This document shows, one piece after another, positions 1 through 10,946 of a DNA stretch of 64,000 nucleotides. The stretch spans positions 64,001 to 128,000 of the forward strand of contig CAWDML010000009.1 in NCBI GenBank assembly GCA_963803435.1, in the 5' to 3' direction. The notes beneath the pieces were generated by a model. That model did no database searches, was not told where the DNA came from, and saw only the letters and a list, made by a program, of their open reading frames with translations. The stretch comes from an uncultured delta proteobacterium. GTDB lineage: Bacteria; Myxococcota; Kuafuiibacteriia; Kuafuiibacteriales; Kuafuiibacteriaceae. A program made the position numbers and the translations under genes. The first letter of the stretch is position 1. Each line of letters starts with the position of its first letter.

Positions 1-8
1 ACCGCGGC

Positions 9-428
9 GTGATCGGTTCGATGGAGGAGCAGGTGGAGAAGGTGTCGCTCGCGTCGACCGGAGAGTCCGAGTCGCGCTATGCGAACCACACGCTGGCCGA
101 CATGCGCGCGAATCTCGAGGGTGCCACGATCATCTACGCCCGCTTCTCGGCCTGGCTCGACAGCAAGGGCGGCGCGGATCTCGATATGCAGATCGAGGCG
201 GCGTTCGCAGAGGTTCAGGCCGAGTACGCGAGCCACAGCGGCGACGCGATCCCGCCGGTGCCGGCCTCGTGGAACCCGGACGATCCCAGCGAGGCCGATC
301 TGGCGACTGACTACGGGAAGCTGTGGACGCTCCTCAGCGACACCACCGATTCGACGAACCCGGGCTCCCTGGTCTCATTGATGAGCAGGGGCGGAGACCT
401 CCTCGGGATCCCGTCCCTCCCGGAGTGA
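9..428 (+). CDS. Imelysin/EfeO(EfeM)-like iron-regulated lipoprotein, C-terminal part (5' truncated by window edge)
   Basis: GESESRYANHTLADMRANLEG resembles the imelysin-family E-E-S-x-Y-(S/A)-x-x-T-L-x-D-x-x-x-N segment; frame is open to the window start. Confidence 0.6.
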   Translation: MIGSMEEQVEKVSLASTGESESRYANHTLADMRANLEGATIIYARFSAWLDSKGGADLDMQIEAAFAEVQAEYASHSGDAIPPVPASWNPDDPSEADLATDYGKLWTLLSDTTDSTNPGSLVSLMSRGGDLLGIPSLPE

Positions 429-432
429 TGCT

Positions 433-975
433 GTGCGCCGCTCCTGGATTGTGCTGGCGCCGGTCCTCACCGGATGTCTCGACTACGCGCTCGCGCCGGA
501 AGATCCGGGGACGCCGAGCGTCTTCATCGCCCTTCAGCGAGACTTCGGCCCGCTCGAGAGCTGGCCGACGTACGATCTCGGCGACGCGCCGCTCGAAGGG
601 CACCCGCCCGGCCACAGGATCGCCCACCTCAGCCGGACGCCGGCGCCCAACAGCGCCGCCTTCCCGGTGGGGACGATCATCGCGAAGTCGATCCAGCCCT
701 CGGAGGATCCGTCGACCTGGCTGATCCACGCCATGGTGAAGCGCGGCGGCGACTACAATCGGAGCGGCGCCCACGGCTGGGAGTGGTTCGAGCTCCAGCT
801 CGACCAGCGCCGCGTCCCCGTCATCGTGTGGCGCGGCGAGAAGCCTCCGAACGGCGAGAACTACGGATGTCTCGCCTCCAACTGCGACGACGCGCCCGAC
901 TGCAACCAGTGCCACCAGGCCGCCGTATCCAACGACTTCGTCATGAGCGACCTGCTCCGCCTCTCGGACTTCTGA
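433..975 (+). CDS. Monoheme cytochrome c lipoprotein (cytochrome P460-like)
   Basis: Lipobox LTGC; C-terminal CxxCH (CNQCH); FPVGTIIAK...MVKR...GWEWF pattern typical of P460-like proteins. Confidence 0.6.
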   Translation: MRRSWIVLAPVLTGCLDYALAPEDPGTPSVFIALQRDFGPLESWPTYDLGDAPLEGHPPGHRIAHLSRTPAPNSAAFPVGTIIAKSIQPSEDPSTWLIHAMVKRGGDYNRSGAHGWEWFELQLDQRRVPVIVWRGEKPPNGENYGCLASNCDDAPDCNQCHQAAVSNDFVMSDLLRLSDF

Positions 976-979
976 TCCC

Positions 980-2288
980 ATGAATCCACTTTCGATCGCC
1001 CTCGTCCTCGCCGGGACCGCCACGGCCTCGCCCGACGGCCCTTTCCTCGATGTTGGCGGCGCCGACCTCGGTGTCACCCGGACCGCGACGGCGCCGTCGA
1101 GCGGGCCGATCCTCAGCCTCGGTACCGGCGACGTCGACGACACCGCGCTGGTGCGCGGGCTTCAGGAGCAGCGCCTCCACGGCTCGGGGACGGTGGTGGG
1201 GAGCTACGGCCAGTTCAACCTCTCCTATCTGGCCTCGGGGCGGGACGCGCCCTACGTCGGCACCGCGACGTTGCGGCGGCTGGTCCTGTTTCTGGCGCAC
1301 AACTTCGGCGATCAGCTCCGCGGGTACGTCGAGGCCGAGTGGGAGAACGCGATCGCGTGCTCCGGCTGCAGCGGCTCGGTGGAGGTCGAGCAGGCCTTCG
1401 TCGACTGGCGCCTGTTCGACTCGGACGAGGCCGTCCTGCGCGCCGGCCTGGTGCTGATGCCGGTCGGGATCATCAACCAGTGGCACGAGCCGCCCGTCTT
1501 CCACGGCGTCGAGCGCCCGAGCGTGGACACGCTGGTCATCCCCACCACCTGGCGCGAGCTCGGGATTGGATTCACGGGATCGCTGTTCGATCTGATGCGG
1601 TACGAGATCTACGTTTCGACGGCGCCGAACGCGATCGATCTGGGACCCAGCTTGCTGGCCGGTTCGCTGGCGCAGGGCTCGCTCGCGCCCGCCAACGGGT
1701 GGATGATCTCGGCGCGCGCCGAGGTCGAGCCGTTGCTCGGGTTCGTGGTGGGCCTGTCCCTGGTGGGCGGTGATCTGGGCGGCGGCGGCGGTCGCTTCTT
1801 CGACGTCGATGGGATCGCGGAGGATCTCGCGCTCCCGCTCTTCGGCGGCAGCCTCGACGCCCGCTGGCGGCGGGGCGGGATCGAGGTCCGCGCGATCGGG
1901 ACAGCGTTCTGGTTCCCGAAGGCCGAGGACCTGCTCGCCGCGCACCGTGGCGACGGCAGCCTCTACTTCCCAGATCCGGCGTCGTCGGGCGTGGTGCCCA
2001 GGTTCGAGTACGGCGCCTACGTGGAGGTGGCGTACGACGTGCTCCACGAGCTCGACACCGGCGGCCACCAGCTGCTCCCGTTCGTGCGCCTCGAGCGCTA
2101 CGACACGCAGGCGCGCCTCCCCAACGGGTTCTCGCCGGACAAGGCGTTTCGCGCGACGGAGTGGACGTTCGGGCTCTCGTATCGACCGGTCCAGCAGGTG
2201 GTGTTCAAGGTCGATTACCTGCTCCGCGATCGGGACCTCGGCCTCGACGAGAAGGGGCTCGATTCTGGGCCTCGGCTACATGTTCTGA
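980..2288 (+). CDS. Outer-membrane porin-like beta-barrel (frameshift at ~2263)
   Basis: Signal peptide; VEVEQAFVD, GLVLMPVGIINQWHEPPVFHGVERP and IPTTWRELG motifs; deleting one T in GATTC (2261-2265) gives a C-terminus DLGLGYMF* ending in the barrel-typical Phe. Confidence 0.7.
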
Positions 2289-3487
2289 GCCTCGAACACC
2301 AGCACCTCGACGGCGTCGCCCTCGGCGGCGGCGGGCGCGTGCGGCGGTCGGATCAGCAGGCCGTCCGAGCGGGCCAAGAGGTGCAGCATCGAGCTGTCCT
2401 GCTCCAAAAACGGCGTGGCGACCAGGCCGAGCTCGCTCTCGCCGAGCCGCACGCGCAGGTAGTCTTGCCGGGCGTCGTTGGCGGGAAGCGGTGCGCCGGC
2501 CCGGGCCGTGCGGATCGGGGCGCGGGTGTCGGTCCGCCCGCGCATGCGCTGGAGCGCGGGGCGAAGGAACAGCCAGGCGCAGACGAGGGACGAGACCGGG
2601 TTGCCGGGGAGGCCGAGGAAGGGCGTGCCGCGGAGGTGGCCGAAGATCAGCGGCTTGCCCGGGCGCATCGCGACCTTCCAGAAGTCGAGCTTCAGACCGT
2701 CGTCGCCGAGCACGGAGCGGATCAGGTCGTGATCGCCGACCGACGCGCCGCCGGTGGTGACCAGCATGTCGACGCCGAGCGCGCCGCGGGCCGCCGCCAA
2801 GAGACCGGCGCGATCGTCCGGCGCGATGCCGAGATCGACGGCCTCGCCACCCCAGGCCTCGACGTGGGCCTGGAGCCCGTAGGTGCTGGAGGCGACAATC
2901 TGCTCGGGGGAGAGCGGCTCGCCGGGCCGGCCCAGCTCGTCGCCGGTGGCGAGGATGGCGACGCGCGGGCGCCGGTGCACCCGTACCCAGGGACAGTCGA
3001 CGCCGGCGGCAATCGCCACGTGCCGCGGGGCGAGCAACGCGCCCGGCTCGAGGATTGTTCGGCCCTGCTCCACGTCGAGGCCTCGCCTCCGGATGAAGGC
3101 TCCGGCCCGGCAGGCGGTCCCGACGCGGATACGGCCGGGCCTCAGCACCTCGACGTCCTCCTGCATCACGACGGCGTCCGCGCCGGACGGCATGCGTGCG
3201 CCGGTGAAGATGCGGATCGCGAGGCCCTTCGCGACGGAGAGCCCTTCGGGTGCATGTCCGGCAGCGGACTCGCCGGCGACGTCGAGCTCGGTCGGTGGGC
3301 GGGCGAGGTCCTCGGCCCGGACCGCGTAGCCGTCCATCGCGGACACGTCGAAGGGCGGGTTGGTGCGGCGCGAAACGACCGGTTCGGCGAGGACCCGCCC
3401 GCACGCGTGCCGCACCGAGATCCACTCGGACGGCGTCGGCTCGACACCGGCCAGAATCCTTTGAAGAGCCTCCTCGACGGGAATCAC
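2276..3487 (-). CDS. moeA: Molybdopterin molybdotransferase MoeA
   Basis: PPFDVSAMDGYA, RIFTGA, ATGDEL, TTGGASVGDHD and GLPGNPVS motifs; GTG start after GGAGGAG RBS. Confidence 0.95.
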   Translation of the reverse strand: MIPVEEALQRILAGVEPTPSEWISVRHACGRVLAEPVVSRRTNPPFDVSAMDGYAVRAEDLARPPTELDVAGESAAGHAPEGLSVAKGLAIRIFTGARMPSGADAVVMQEDVEVLRPGRIRVGTACRAGAFIRRRGLDVEQGRTILEPGALLAPRHVAIAAGVDCPWVRVHRRPRVAILATGDELGRPGEPLSPEQIVASSTYGLQAHVEAWGGEAVDLGIAPDDRAGLLAAARGALGVDMLVTTGGASVGDHDLIRSVLGDDGLKLDFWKVAMRPGKPLIFGHLRGTPFLGLPGNPVSSLVCAWLFLRPALQRMRGRTDTRAPIRTARAGAPLPANDARQDYLRVRLGESELGLVATPFLEQDSSMLHLLARSDGLLIRPPHAPAAAEGDAVEVLVFEAQNM

Positions 3488-3515
3488 GCTGTCTCTCCTC
3501 CTTCCGCGACCAGGG

Positions 3516-4277
3516 CTAGAACGTGCCGTGGCGGCCCGCGCCGCCGGCGAAGCGCAATGCGCCGGCCAGGCCTTCGCGCTCCAGGGCCTCGATCCCGCCA
3601 TCGAGCTCGTTCTGGAGCGCATGCTCGAGGTCGAGGCCGAACTGTCCGTGCGCCGAGCGCCGGTCGGCGCGCATGCACACCTCCGGGAATCCGGCGATCT
3701 CGTTGGCCAGATCCTCTGCAACCTGTCTTGCGCTTCCAGCGGGCGTGACGCGGTTGACCAGCCCCATCGCGAGCGCCTCGGCGGCCGGAACCGCGCGTCC
3801 GGTCAGGATCAGGTCGAGCGCCCGCGAGAGGCCGATCAGGCGCGGCAGTCGAATCGTCCCGCCGTCGATCAGCGGGACGCCGAAGCGGCGGCAGAAGACC
3901 CCCAGCACCGCGTCGTCGGCAGCCACCCGAAGGTCACACCAGAGCGCCAGCTCGAGCCCGCCGGCCACCGCATGCCCCTCGATCGCCGCGATCACCGGCT
4001 TGTCGAGCACCATCCGCGACGGACCCATCGGACCGTCCCCCTCGCGCTCGACGCGGTTCGGCGTTCCCTCGGCGGCCGCCTTGAGATCGGCGCCGGCGCA
4101 GAACGTCCCGCCCTCTCCGAAGAGCACGCCCACCTTGGCGTCGTCGTCGTCCTCGAAGACCCGAAAGGCGTCGGCCAGCGCCTCGGCGGCGGCGCGATCG
4201 ACCGCGTTTCTCCGCTCCGGCCTCGACAAGACGACGGTGAAGACGGGGCCGTGGCGTTCGATCCGAACCGGGCTCAT
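3516..4277 (-). CDS. Crotonase/enoyl-CoA hydratase family protein
   Basis: FCAGADLK, GHAVAGGLELALWCDLRVA and GVPLIDGGT motifs. Confidence 0.93.
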   Translation of the reverse strand: MSPVRIERHGPVFTVVLSRPERRNAVDRAAAEALADAFRVFEDDDDAKVGVLFGEGGTFCAGADLKAAAEGTPNRVEREGDGPMGPSRMVLDKPVIAAIEGHAVAGGLELALWCDLRVAADDAVLGVFCRRFGVPLIDGGTIRLPRLIGLSRALDLILTGRAVPAAEALAMGLVNRVTPAGSARQVAEDLANEIAGFPEVCMRADRRSAHGQFGLDLEHALQNELDGGIEALEREGLAGALRFAGGAGRHGTF

Positions 4278-5467
4278 ACCAGCAGCTCCAGCCGTCCCGC
4301 CAGGAACTCGCGGGCGACCACGACCTCGTGGACCTCGTCGGGGCCGTCGGCGATCCGGGCCGCGCGCGCAGAGGCGTACCAGCGTGCGAAGGGGAGGTCG
4401 TGGCTGTAGCCGAGCGACCCGTGCATCTGGATGGCGTCGTCGAGCACCTTGCAGAGCAACCGGGCCACGTGGTTCTTCGTCATCGAGGAGTAGACGCGCG
4501 CCTCCCGGGCCTGCCCCGCCTCGAGCATGTGGGCGCAGTGCAACGTCATGAGGTTGCCCGCGTGGATGGCGGTCGCGTCGTCGGCGATCATGTGCTGGAG
4601 CAGCTGGTGGGCTGCGAGCGGCTTCCCGAAGCTCACGCGCTCCTCGAGGTACTTCTTGCAATGGTGCAGCGTGCGATCGGCGAGACCCAGCCACCGCATG
4701 CAGTGCGTCAAGCGGGCGGGGACGAGCCGCTGCTGCGCCAGCCGGAAGCCGTCACCGACGCGACCGAGCAACGCATCGCGCGCCACCCGGACGCCCTCGA
4801 ATCGGATCTCCGCCTCCTTGTGATCGAGGAAGTCGGGCGCCATCACCGGGACGTTGCGCACCAGGTTCACGCCCGGCGCGTGACGGTCGACGAGAAACAT
4901 GCTGGCGCCGTTCTCCCGATCGTCGGCGGTGCGCGCCATGACGATCAGGAACGACGCGGCGTCGCCCCCGGTCGTGAACCACTTGTGTCCGTCGATCACC
5001 CAGGTGTCGCCGTCGAGTGTGGCGCGCGTCCGCAGGTTCGAAGGATCGGCGCCGGCCCCCGGCGCGGGCTCGGTCATGCTGAAGCCGCTCGAGATCTGGG
5101 CGGCGGCCAGCTGCACCAGCCAGCGCTCGCGCTGTGCGGGAGACGCCGCCGACAGGAGCAGGTCCATGTTCCCCTGGTCGGGCGCGTCGCAGTTGAAGAC
5201 CTTCGCGCCGATCGGCGATCGCCCCATCTCGCGAAAGAGGGCACACATGCCCATCACGCCCAGGCCCAACCCGCCGTATGCCTCCGGGAGATGCGGGGTC
5301 CAGAGGCCGTCGGTCTTCGCGCGCGCCTGGAGCTCGCGGAGCGTGCGACGCTCGCCGCGCGCATCCTCCTCCATGACGCGGCCCTCGGCGGAGATGACGT
5401 GCGCATCGATGAACCTGCGCACACGTGCGCGAAGCGCATCGAGTTCCTGAGAGAGTTCGAATCGCAT
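4274..5467 (-). CDS. Acyl-CoA dehydrogenase
   Basis: NCDAPDQGNM, FSMTEP, GHKWF and RIADGPDEVH motifs. Confidence 0.95.
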   Translation of the reverse strand: MRFELSQELDALRARVRRFIDAHVISAEGRVMEEDARGERRTLRELQARAKTDGLWTPHLPEAYGGLGLGVMGMCALFREMGRSPIGAKVFNCDAPDQGNMDLLLSAASPAQRERWLVQLAAAQISSGFSMTEPAPGAGADPSNLRTRATLDGDTWVIDGHKWFTTGGDAASFLIVMARTADDRENGASMFLVDRHAPGVNLVRNVPVMAPDFLDHKEAEIRFEGVRVARDALLGRVGDGFRLAQQRLVPARLTHCMRWLGLADRTLHHCKKYLEERVSFGKPLAAHQLLQHMIADDATAIHAGNLMTLHCAHMLEAGQAREARVYSSMTKNHVARLLCKVLDDAIQMHGSLGYSHDLPFARWYASARAARIADGPDEVHEVVVAREFLAGRLELLV

Positions 5468-5598
5468 GTTGGTCCTTCGTGGCCGGAAATCCGTCCGGGC
5501 ATGGCCGTAACGTGGACGCGCGCGACGGGCAATCGCGCGTCAGGTTGACAGTTGAAAAGGTGAGATGGGAGTTTCCTCTGAGACAGGCGGGCAGTCCC

Positions 5599-7462
5599 AT
5601 GAACCACCGTTGGGCGCCGGCGCTCGAGCTCCTTCCGGAGTTTGTTGCGACGCTCGCCCGAGATCGAACAATCCTGTACATCAATCGAACCCGTGGGCAT
5701 TCGTTCGACCAGGTCATCGGGAGCTCGCTCGACGGGTTCATCGCCCCGGATGATCAGGAACGGGTCGCAGCGGCGATCGAGGAGGTCTTCGTCACCAAGC
5801 AGGCCGGCGCGCTCGACCTGCGCAGTGTGTCGAACGTGCTCTTCGAGACGCAGCTCTTGCCGCTGTTCGAGGAAGAGGAGGTCGTCGCGGTCGTCTCGAT
5901 CGGCCGGGACGCCACCGAGCAGCGCCACGCCGAGGAGCTGCTCACGCACCGGCAAGGTCTGTTGCAAGCGCTCCTGCACGCGTTCCCGGACATGGTCTTT
6001 CGCACCACGCTCGACGGGACGATCCTCGACTTCTCGGGCGACCCAGGCTCCACGTATGTGCCGCCGGAGCAGTTTCTCCAGCGGAGGGTCGCCGACGTCC
6101 TTCCCCCCGAGATCGCCTCCCTCATCCTCGACGGAATGGCCCGAGCGATCCGCGAGAACGAGCTCGTCCCCGTCGAGTATCAGCTCCCGAGAGGCGGCGA
6201 GATGCGCTACTTCGAGGCCCGCATCGTGCGCTGCGGGACGGACGAGGTGCTCTCGATCGTCCGCGATCGAACCCATCAGCGGCAGATGGAGCAGCGCTTG
6301 ATGCAGGCGGATCGGGTGGCGTCGCTGGGCGCGCTGGCCGCGGGCGTCGCGCACGAGATCAACAATCCGCTGACCTACGTGATCGGAAATTTGACGCTGG
6401 CCGCGCGCGAGCTCGTCGCGCTCGCCGCCAGTCAGGACCTCGCCCACGAGCTCCACGATCTCCAGAGAGCCCTCGCCGACGCCCGGGCCGGCGCCGACCG
6501 AGTGCGGTACATCGTCAGCGATCTCAACGCGTTCTCGGCCGCTCCCCGCACCGATCTGTCGGTGGTCGAGCTCCGCAAGGTGCTCGATTCCGCCATCAAC
6601 ATGGCGTGGTCGGAGATCCGCCATCGCGCGCGGCTGGTTCGGGAGTACGACGACGTCCCCGGGGTGCTAGGAAACGAGCACCGCCTGGGCCAGGTGTTCC
6701 TCAACCTGCTGGTAAACGCCGCGCAGGCGATCGAAGAGGGCGACGCGCAGAAGAACTCCATCCATGTCGGAACGAAGGTCGACAACGGCAGCGTCCTCGT
6801 CTCGATCGAAGACTCCGGACGTGGCTTCGACGCGACCCTCTCCGCGCACATGTTCGATCCTTTCTTCACCACCAAGCCCATCGGTGAAGGCACCGGCCTC
6901 GGCCTCGCCATCTGTCGCGCGATCGTCGACTCGCTGGGCGGAACGCTGACCGCCAAGAGCGAGGGCTTGGGACGCGGGGCCTGCTTCGTGGTGCGTCTCC
7001 CCGCCACCGACGAGCCCGCCGAGGTCCGTCCGGCCCCCAAGGTGGAGCCGGTCGAGGGCAGCCCCGAGGCCGAACCGATCCGCGGTCGCATCCTGGTGAT
7101 CGACGACGAGCCGGTGATCGCGACGATGGCCCGCCGCGCCCTGGCGAGCCACGAGGTCTACGTGGTGACCAGCGGGCGCGATGCGCTCGAGCTCTGCCGG
7201 GCCCAGCACTTCGACGTCATCATCTGCGATCTGCTCATGCCGGACGTGACCGGCATGGATCTCTACGAGAACCTGCGCAGACAAGGGCAGGGCGTCGAGG
7301 AGCGGATTGTATTCATGACCGCCGGCGCCTTCACGCCGCGCGCGCGCCGCTTTCTGAGCCAGGTCTCGAACCCGCAGCTCGAGAAGCCGTTCGACATCGA
7401 TGATTCTCGAGCGCGCCGTCCAGCGCGCCCTCCGTCACTCGCGGACTTCTCCGGAGCCGTAG
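5599..7462 (+). CDS. Hybrid PAS-PAS sensor histidine kinase/response regulator (frameshift at ~7404)
   Basis: H box AHEINNPL, N box QVFLNLLVNA, FFTTK...GTGLGL, receiver ILVIDDE...CDLLMP...KPF; deleting one T in GATTC (7402-7406) gives KPFDIDDLERAVQRAL...* at 7462. Confidence 0.9.
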
Positions 7463-8682
7463 ACCACCAGCTTCTCGGCGGTCAGATCGATCGCGGACAT
7501 CGGTCCGTACACGTGCATCTTCGAGGTCGAGATGCCCATCTCGGCGCCAAGGCCGAGCTCGCCGCCGTCGTTGAAGCGTGTCGAGGCGTTCCAGAGCACG
7601 CACGAGGCGTCGACCTCGGAGAGGAAACGCTCGGCGATCGCGGTGTCGCGGGTCACGATCGACGCGGTGTGGTGCGTTCCGTGGTCGGCGATGTGATCGA
7701 GCGCGGCGTCGAGATCGTCGACGGTCCGGATGGCGAGGATCCGCTCGAGGAACTCCGTGTCCCAGTCGAGCGCCGTGGCGGCCTTCGCCGTGACGCCGGC
7801 CCGCGCCAGCGCCTCCTTGCTCGGCCCGTCGGCCCGCATCTCCACCCCTTCGGCGGCGAGCTGAACGCCGAGCGGACCGAGGACGTCGTCGAGGCGGGAC
7901 CGATGGACCAGCAGCGTCTCCATCGCGTTGCACACGCCCGGGCGCTGCACCTTGGCGTTGAAGGCGATCCGCTGCGCCATCCCGGTGTCAGCGTCCGCGT
8001 GCACGTAGACCTGACAGATCCCGGCGCCGTGCCGGACCACCGGCACGCGGGCGTGTCGATCGACCATCTCCATCAGCGCCTTCCCGCCGCGCGGGATCAC
8101 CAGGTCGACCCGGCCGGCGGCGCCGAGCAGCGCCTCGACCTCCTCACGGCTCGAGTCGAACAGGCCCATGACGGCATCCTCGCTGAGGCCGGCCTGCGCG
8201 AGCCCGCCCCGCACCGCGGCGGCGATCGCTTCGTTGCTGGCGCTCGCCTCCTTGCCGCCGCGCAGGATCACGGCGTTGCCCGACTTGATCGTCAGCGCGG
8301 CGCACTCCGCGGTCACGTTCGGGCGGGCCTCGTAGACGATCGCGACGACGCCGAGCGGGACCCGCCGCCGGAGCACCCGGAAGCCCGCGCGCCCCACCCC
8401 GATCTCCCGCGAGCCGGCCAGCGGATCCGGGAGCTGGCGGACCGCTCGCACGGCACGGACCATCGCGTCGATCCGCGCCTCGGAGAGTCGCAGGCGATCC
8501 CGGAGCGCCTCCGAGAGCTCGGTGGCGGCCGCCAGATCTCGGGCGTTCGCGGCGAGGATGTCCGCTCGCGTCCCATCGAGCGCGCCCGCGATCGCGTTCA
8601 GGGCAGCGTCCCGCGTCTCCGCGTCGAGGCGCGCGATCGAACGGGCCGCGACCCGCGCTCGATCGAGGATCTCGTCGATCAT
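7435..8682 (-). CDS. proA: Glutamate-5-semialdehyde dehydrogenase
   Basis: YEARPNVT, ILRGGKEA, VCNAMETLL and NASTRFNDGGELGLGAEMGIST motifs. Confidence 0.96.
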   Translation of the reverse strand: MIDEILDRARVAARSIARLDAETRDAALNAIAGALDGTRADILAANARDLAAATELSEALRDRLRLSEARIDAMVRAVRAVRQLPDPLAGSREIGVGRAGFRVLRRRVPLGVVAIVYEARPNVTAECAALTIKSGNAVILRGGKEASASNEAIAAAVRGGLAQAGLSEDAVMGLFDSSREEVEALLGAAGRVDLVIPRGGKALMEMVDRHARVPVVRHGAGICQVYVHADADTGMAQRIAFNAKVQRPGVCNAMETLLVHRSRLDDVLGPLGVQLAAEGVEMRADGPSKEALARAGVTAKAATALDWDTEFLERILAIRTVDDLDAALDHIADHGTHHTASIVTRDTAIAERFLSEVDASCVLWNASTRFNDGGELGLGAEMGISTSKMHVYGPMSAIDLTAEKLVVYGSGEVRE

Positions 8683-9821
8683 GCCGTCTCTCCCTCCAGG
8701 AGCACCAGGTCGTCGCGATGCACCACGGCGTCACCCATGGTGAAGCCGAGGATCGACGGGATCGCCTTGCTGGGCTGGCCCAGGATTCGCTTCATCTGCT
8801 CCGCAGAGTAGCGCACCAGGCCCCGAGCGATCGCCTTCTTTGCGGCTCCCCGGCCCCCCGCGATGTCGACGGCGTCGCCCTCGACGAAGTCACCCTCGAT
8901 CGCGGTGACACCGCTGGGGAGGAGGCTCTTCTTCTGATCCGTCAACGCACGGACTGCGCCCTCGTCGATCAGGAGACGTCCCGCAGGCCGCAGCGTGTGG
9001 GCGATCCAGTGATCGCGGCTGGAGAGGGTGCCGCGCTGGCGATCAGGCACGATCACCGTGCCCACGTCCTGACCCTCGAGCAGGCGGCGAAGCGCCCCGG
9101 CCTCCTTGCCGGGCACGATCGCCACGGTCGCCCCGCGCGCGCATGCCACCCGGGCCGCCCGAATCTTCGAGACCATGCCGCCCGAGCCGAACCGCGAGGT
9201 CCCTCGCTCGGCGACGGCGTCGAGCAGGGGATCGGAGGAGACGGCCTCCGGGATCCGGACCCCGTGCTTGTTCACCACGCCGTCCGCCACGCTGAGCATC
9301 ACCAGCAGGCCCGCGTCCACCACGTTGGCGACCTGCGCGGCCAGCTCGTCGTTGTCGCCGAACGCGATCTCCTCGAAGGAAACGGTGTCGTTCTCGTTGA
9401 TGATGGCGACGGCGTGCCGTCGCTCGATCTCGGCGAGGGCGTGCCGTGCGTTGAGGTAGCGTCGGCGGTCGGCGAGGTCGGCGTGCGTCAAGAGCACCTG
9501 CGCGACGGGGAGCTCGAACTTCTTGAACGCCTGCGACCAGGCCTCCACCAGCTTGCTCTGTCCGATCGCCGCCGCCGCCTGAAGACCGGCCATCGCCTTC
9601 GGGCGGCTCTTGAGCCCCATGATGCTCAGGCCCACGGCGATCGCGCCGGACGACACCACGAATGGCCACCTTCGGATCCCGATCAGCGGCGCGATCTCGT
9701 GGGCCAGCCGTCGGATCGTCTTCGGCTCGATCCTGCCTTGCCCGTCCGTGAGAACGCCCGAGCCGACCTTGACGACGATCCGGCCGGTCCGCGTCAGGTC
9801 TCTCAGCTGGTCTCGGCTCAC
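8679..9821 (-). CDS. proB: Glutamate 5-kinase with PUA domain
   Basis: IVVKVGS, AAIGQ, INENDTV, FGDNDELAA and GSGGMVSK motifs; C-terminal PUA domain; overlaps proA start. Confidence 0.96.
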   Translation of the reverse strand: MSRDQLRDLTRTGRIVVKVGSGVLTDGQGRIEPKTIRRLAHEIAPLIGIRRWPFVVSSGAIAVGLSIMGLKSRPKAMAGLQAAAAIGQSKLVEAWSQAFKKFELPVAQVLLTHADLADRRRYLNARHALAEIERRHAVAIINENDTVSFEEIAFGDNDELAAQVANVVDAGLLVMLSVADGVVNKHGVRIPEAVSSDPLLDAVAERGTSRFGSGGMVSKIRAARVACARGATVAIVPGKEAGALRRLLEGQDVGTVIVPDRQRGTLSSRDHWIAHTLRPAGRLLIDEGAVRALTDQKKSLLPSGVTAIEGDFVEGDAVDIAGGRGAAKKAIARGLVRYSAEQMKRILGQPSKAIPSILGFTMGDAVVHRDDLVLLEGETA

Positions 9822-10888
9822 CGGTGCTTCTTTTTCTTCCTGGACTTCTTCTTCGCCGGCTTCGGCGTGCGCACCGGCGGCGGCGGCGGCTCCGGCTGCT
9901 TCTCGGGCTCGGCGGTCGGCGGCGGCGCAGCCTTCTTCCCGGACGGCTTGCCCTTGGGACCGCCGATCACCGTGCTGGTGCGGGTCTCGCCGGAGAGAAA
10001 CGCGAGCGGATCGAGATCGACCTCGCGGCGCTTGATCTCGGGGACGAAGTCCTTCGGCTTCATCTCTTCCCCCTCGACCGGCTTCACCTCGAATGTCAGC
10101 GTCAGATCCAGCTGGCCGGCGTTCGTGTTCTTCTCCTGCTTCTCGGGTGGGATCTCGAGGCGGCCCTTGAGATCGCACTTGATCGGTACGCCGGTGGCGT
10201 CGTCGACGAACAGGTTCCCACGGAGCGCGATCGGCTTCTTGGCGCCCTTCATGCCGGGCACCTCGATCAGCGACGAGCCGTCGAGCAGCGCCAGCTCGTA
10301 GTTGGCGGCGCTGCGTCCGTTGACGTTGGTCGATCCGATCTTTCGCAGGCCGAAGCGCGGCCCGTAGTAGCCGCTGAACACGCGGAGGGGCTGCCACGCT
10401 TCGTCGCGGATCTTGGGTCCGGCGTCCTTGATGATCCCCATGACGCGCATCTTCCCCTTGGGACCGTTCTGTCCGTAGAGGATGCCGTTGTCGTAGATGA
10501 TCTCGCGCGTGACCAGGCCGTCGGTGTCGAGCTGCCGGACCCGGAAGCTGCCGTGCAGCCCGTGGCGGATCTGGGAGGTCTCCGGCACGTCGATCGTGTG
10601 GCCGTTGCGCTTGAGGAGGAACCGGGCCGTGCCGTCGTACTCGACGAACCCCATCCGGGCGATCACCTCCTCGAATCGCATGCCGAGCACGTGGGCCTTG
10701 AGGTCCGGCCGCTCTTCGAGCGCGTAAGCGTCGATCGCCTCCTTCGCCTTCTCCTCGTACTCGTGGGCGATCAGATCCTTGCCCCAGAGTCGCTGGCTCT
10801 CTCGGTTGATCTCCTTCTTGTCTCCGCAGCTGCCGCAGCCGACCGCCGCGGCGGCGACCCAGAGAATCAGGAAATGGAAGCGCGACAC
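9818..10888 (-). CDS. Hypothetical lipoprotein with basic Pro/Lys-rich tail
   Basis: Signal peptide with Cys (AAVGC); protein-like composition; 4-nt overlap with proB start. Confidence 0.75.
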   Translation of the reverse strand: MSRFHFLILWVAAAAVGCGSCGDKKEINRESQRLWGKDLIAHEYEEKAKEAIDAYALEERPDLKAHVLGMRFEEVIARMGFVEYDGTARFLLKRNGHTIDVPETSQIRHGLHGSFRVRQLDTDGLVTREIIYDNGILYGQNGPKGKMRVMGIIKDAGPKIRDEAWQPLRVFSGYYGPRFGLRKIGSTNVNGRSAANYELALLDGSSLIEVPGMKGAKKPIALRGNLFVDDATGVPIKCDLKGRLEIPPEKQEKNTNAGQLDLTLTFEVKPVEGEEMKPKDFVPEIKRREVDLDPLAFLSGETRTSTVIGGPKGKPSGKKAAPPPTAEPEKQPEPPPPPVRTPKPAKKKSRKKKKHR

Positions 10889-10946
10889 GGGATCGTCACT
10901 ACCAAAAGTGGCGCTTGCTGGCGACCGGCGTCCGGCGAGGCCGCGG

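Noticed and set aside
980-3748. 922-aa ORF suggesting a porin fusion
   Set aside because: Read-through caused by the frameshift at ~2263; the extension is the antisense shadow of moeA
5425-8811. 1128-aa giant hybrid kinase ORF
   Set aside because: Frameshift at ~7404 runs it into the antisense strand of proA; the repaired gene ends at 7462
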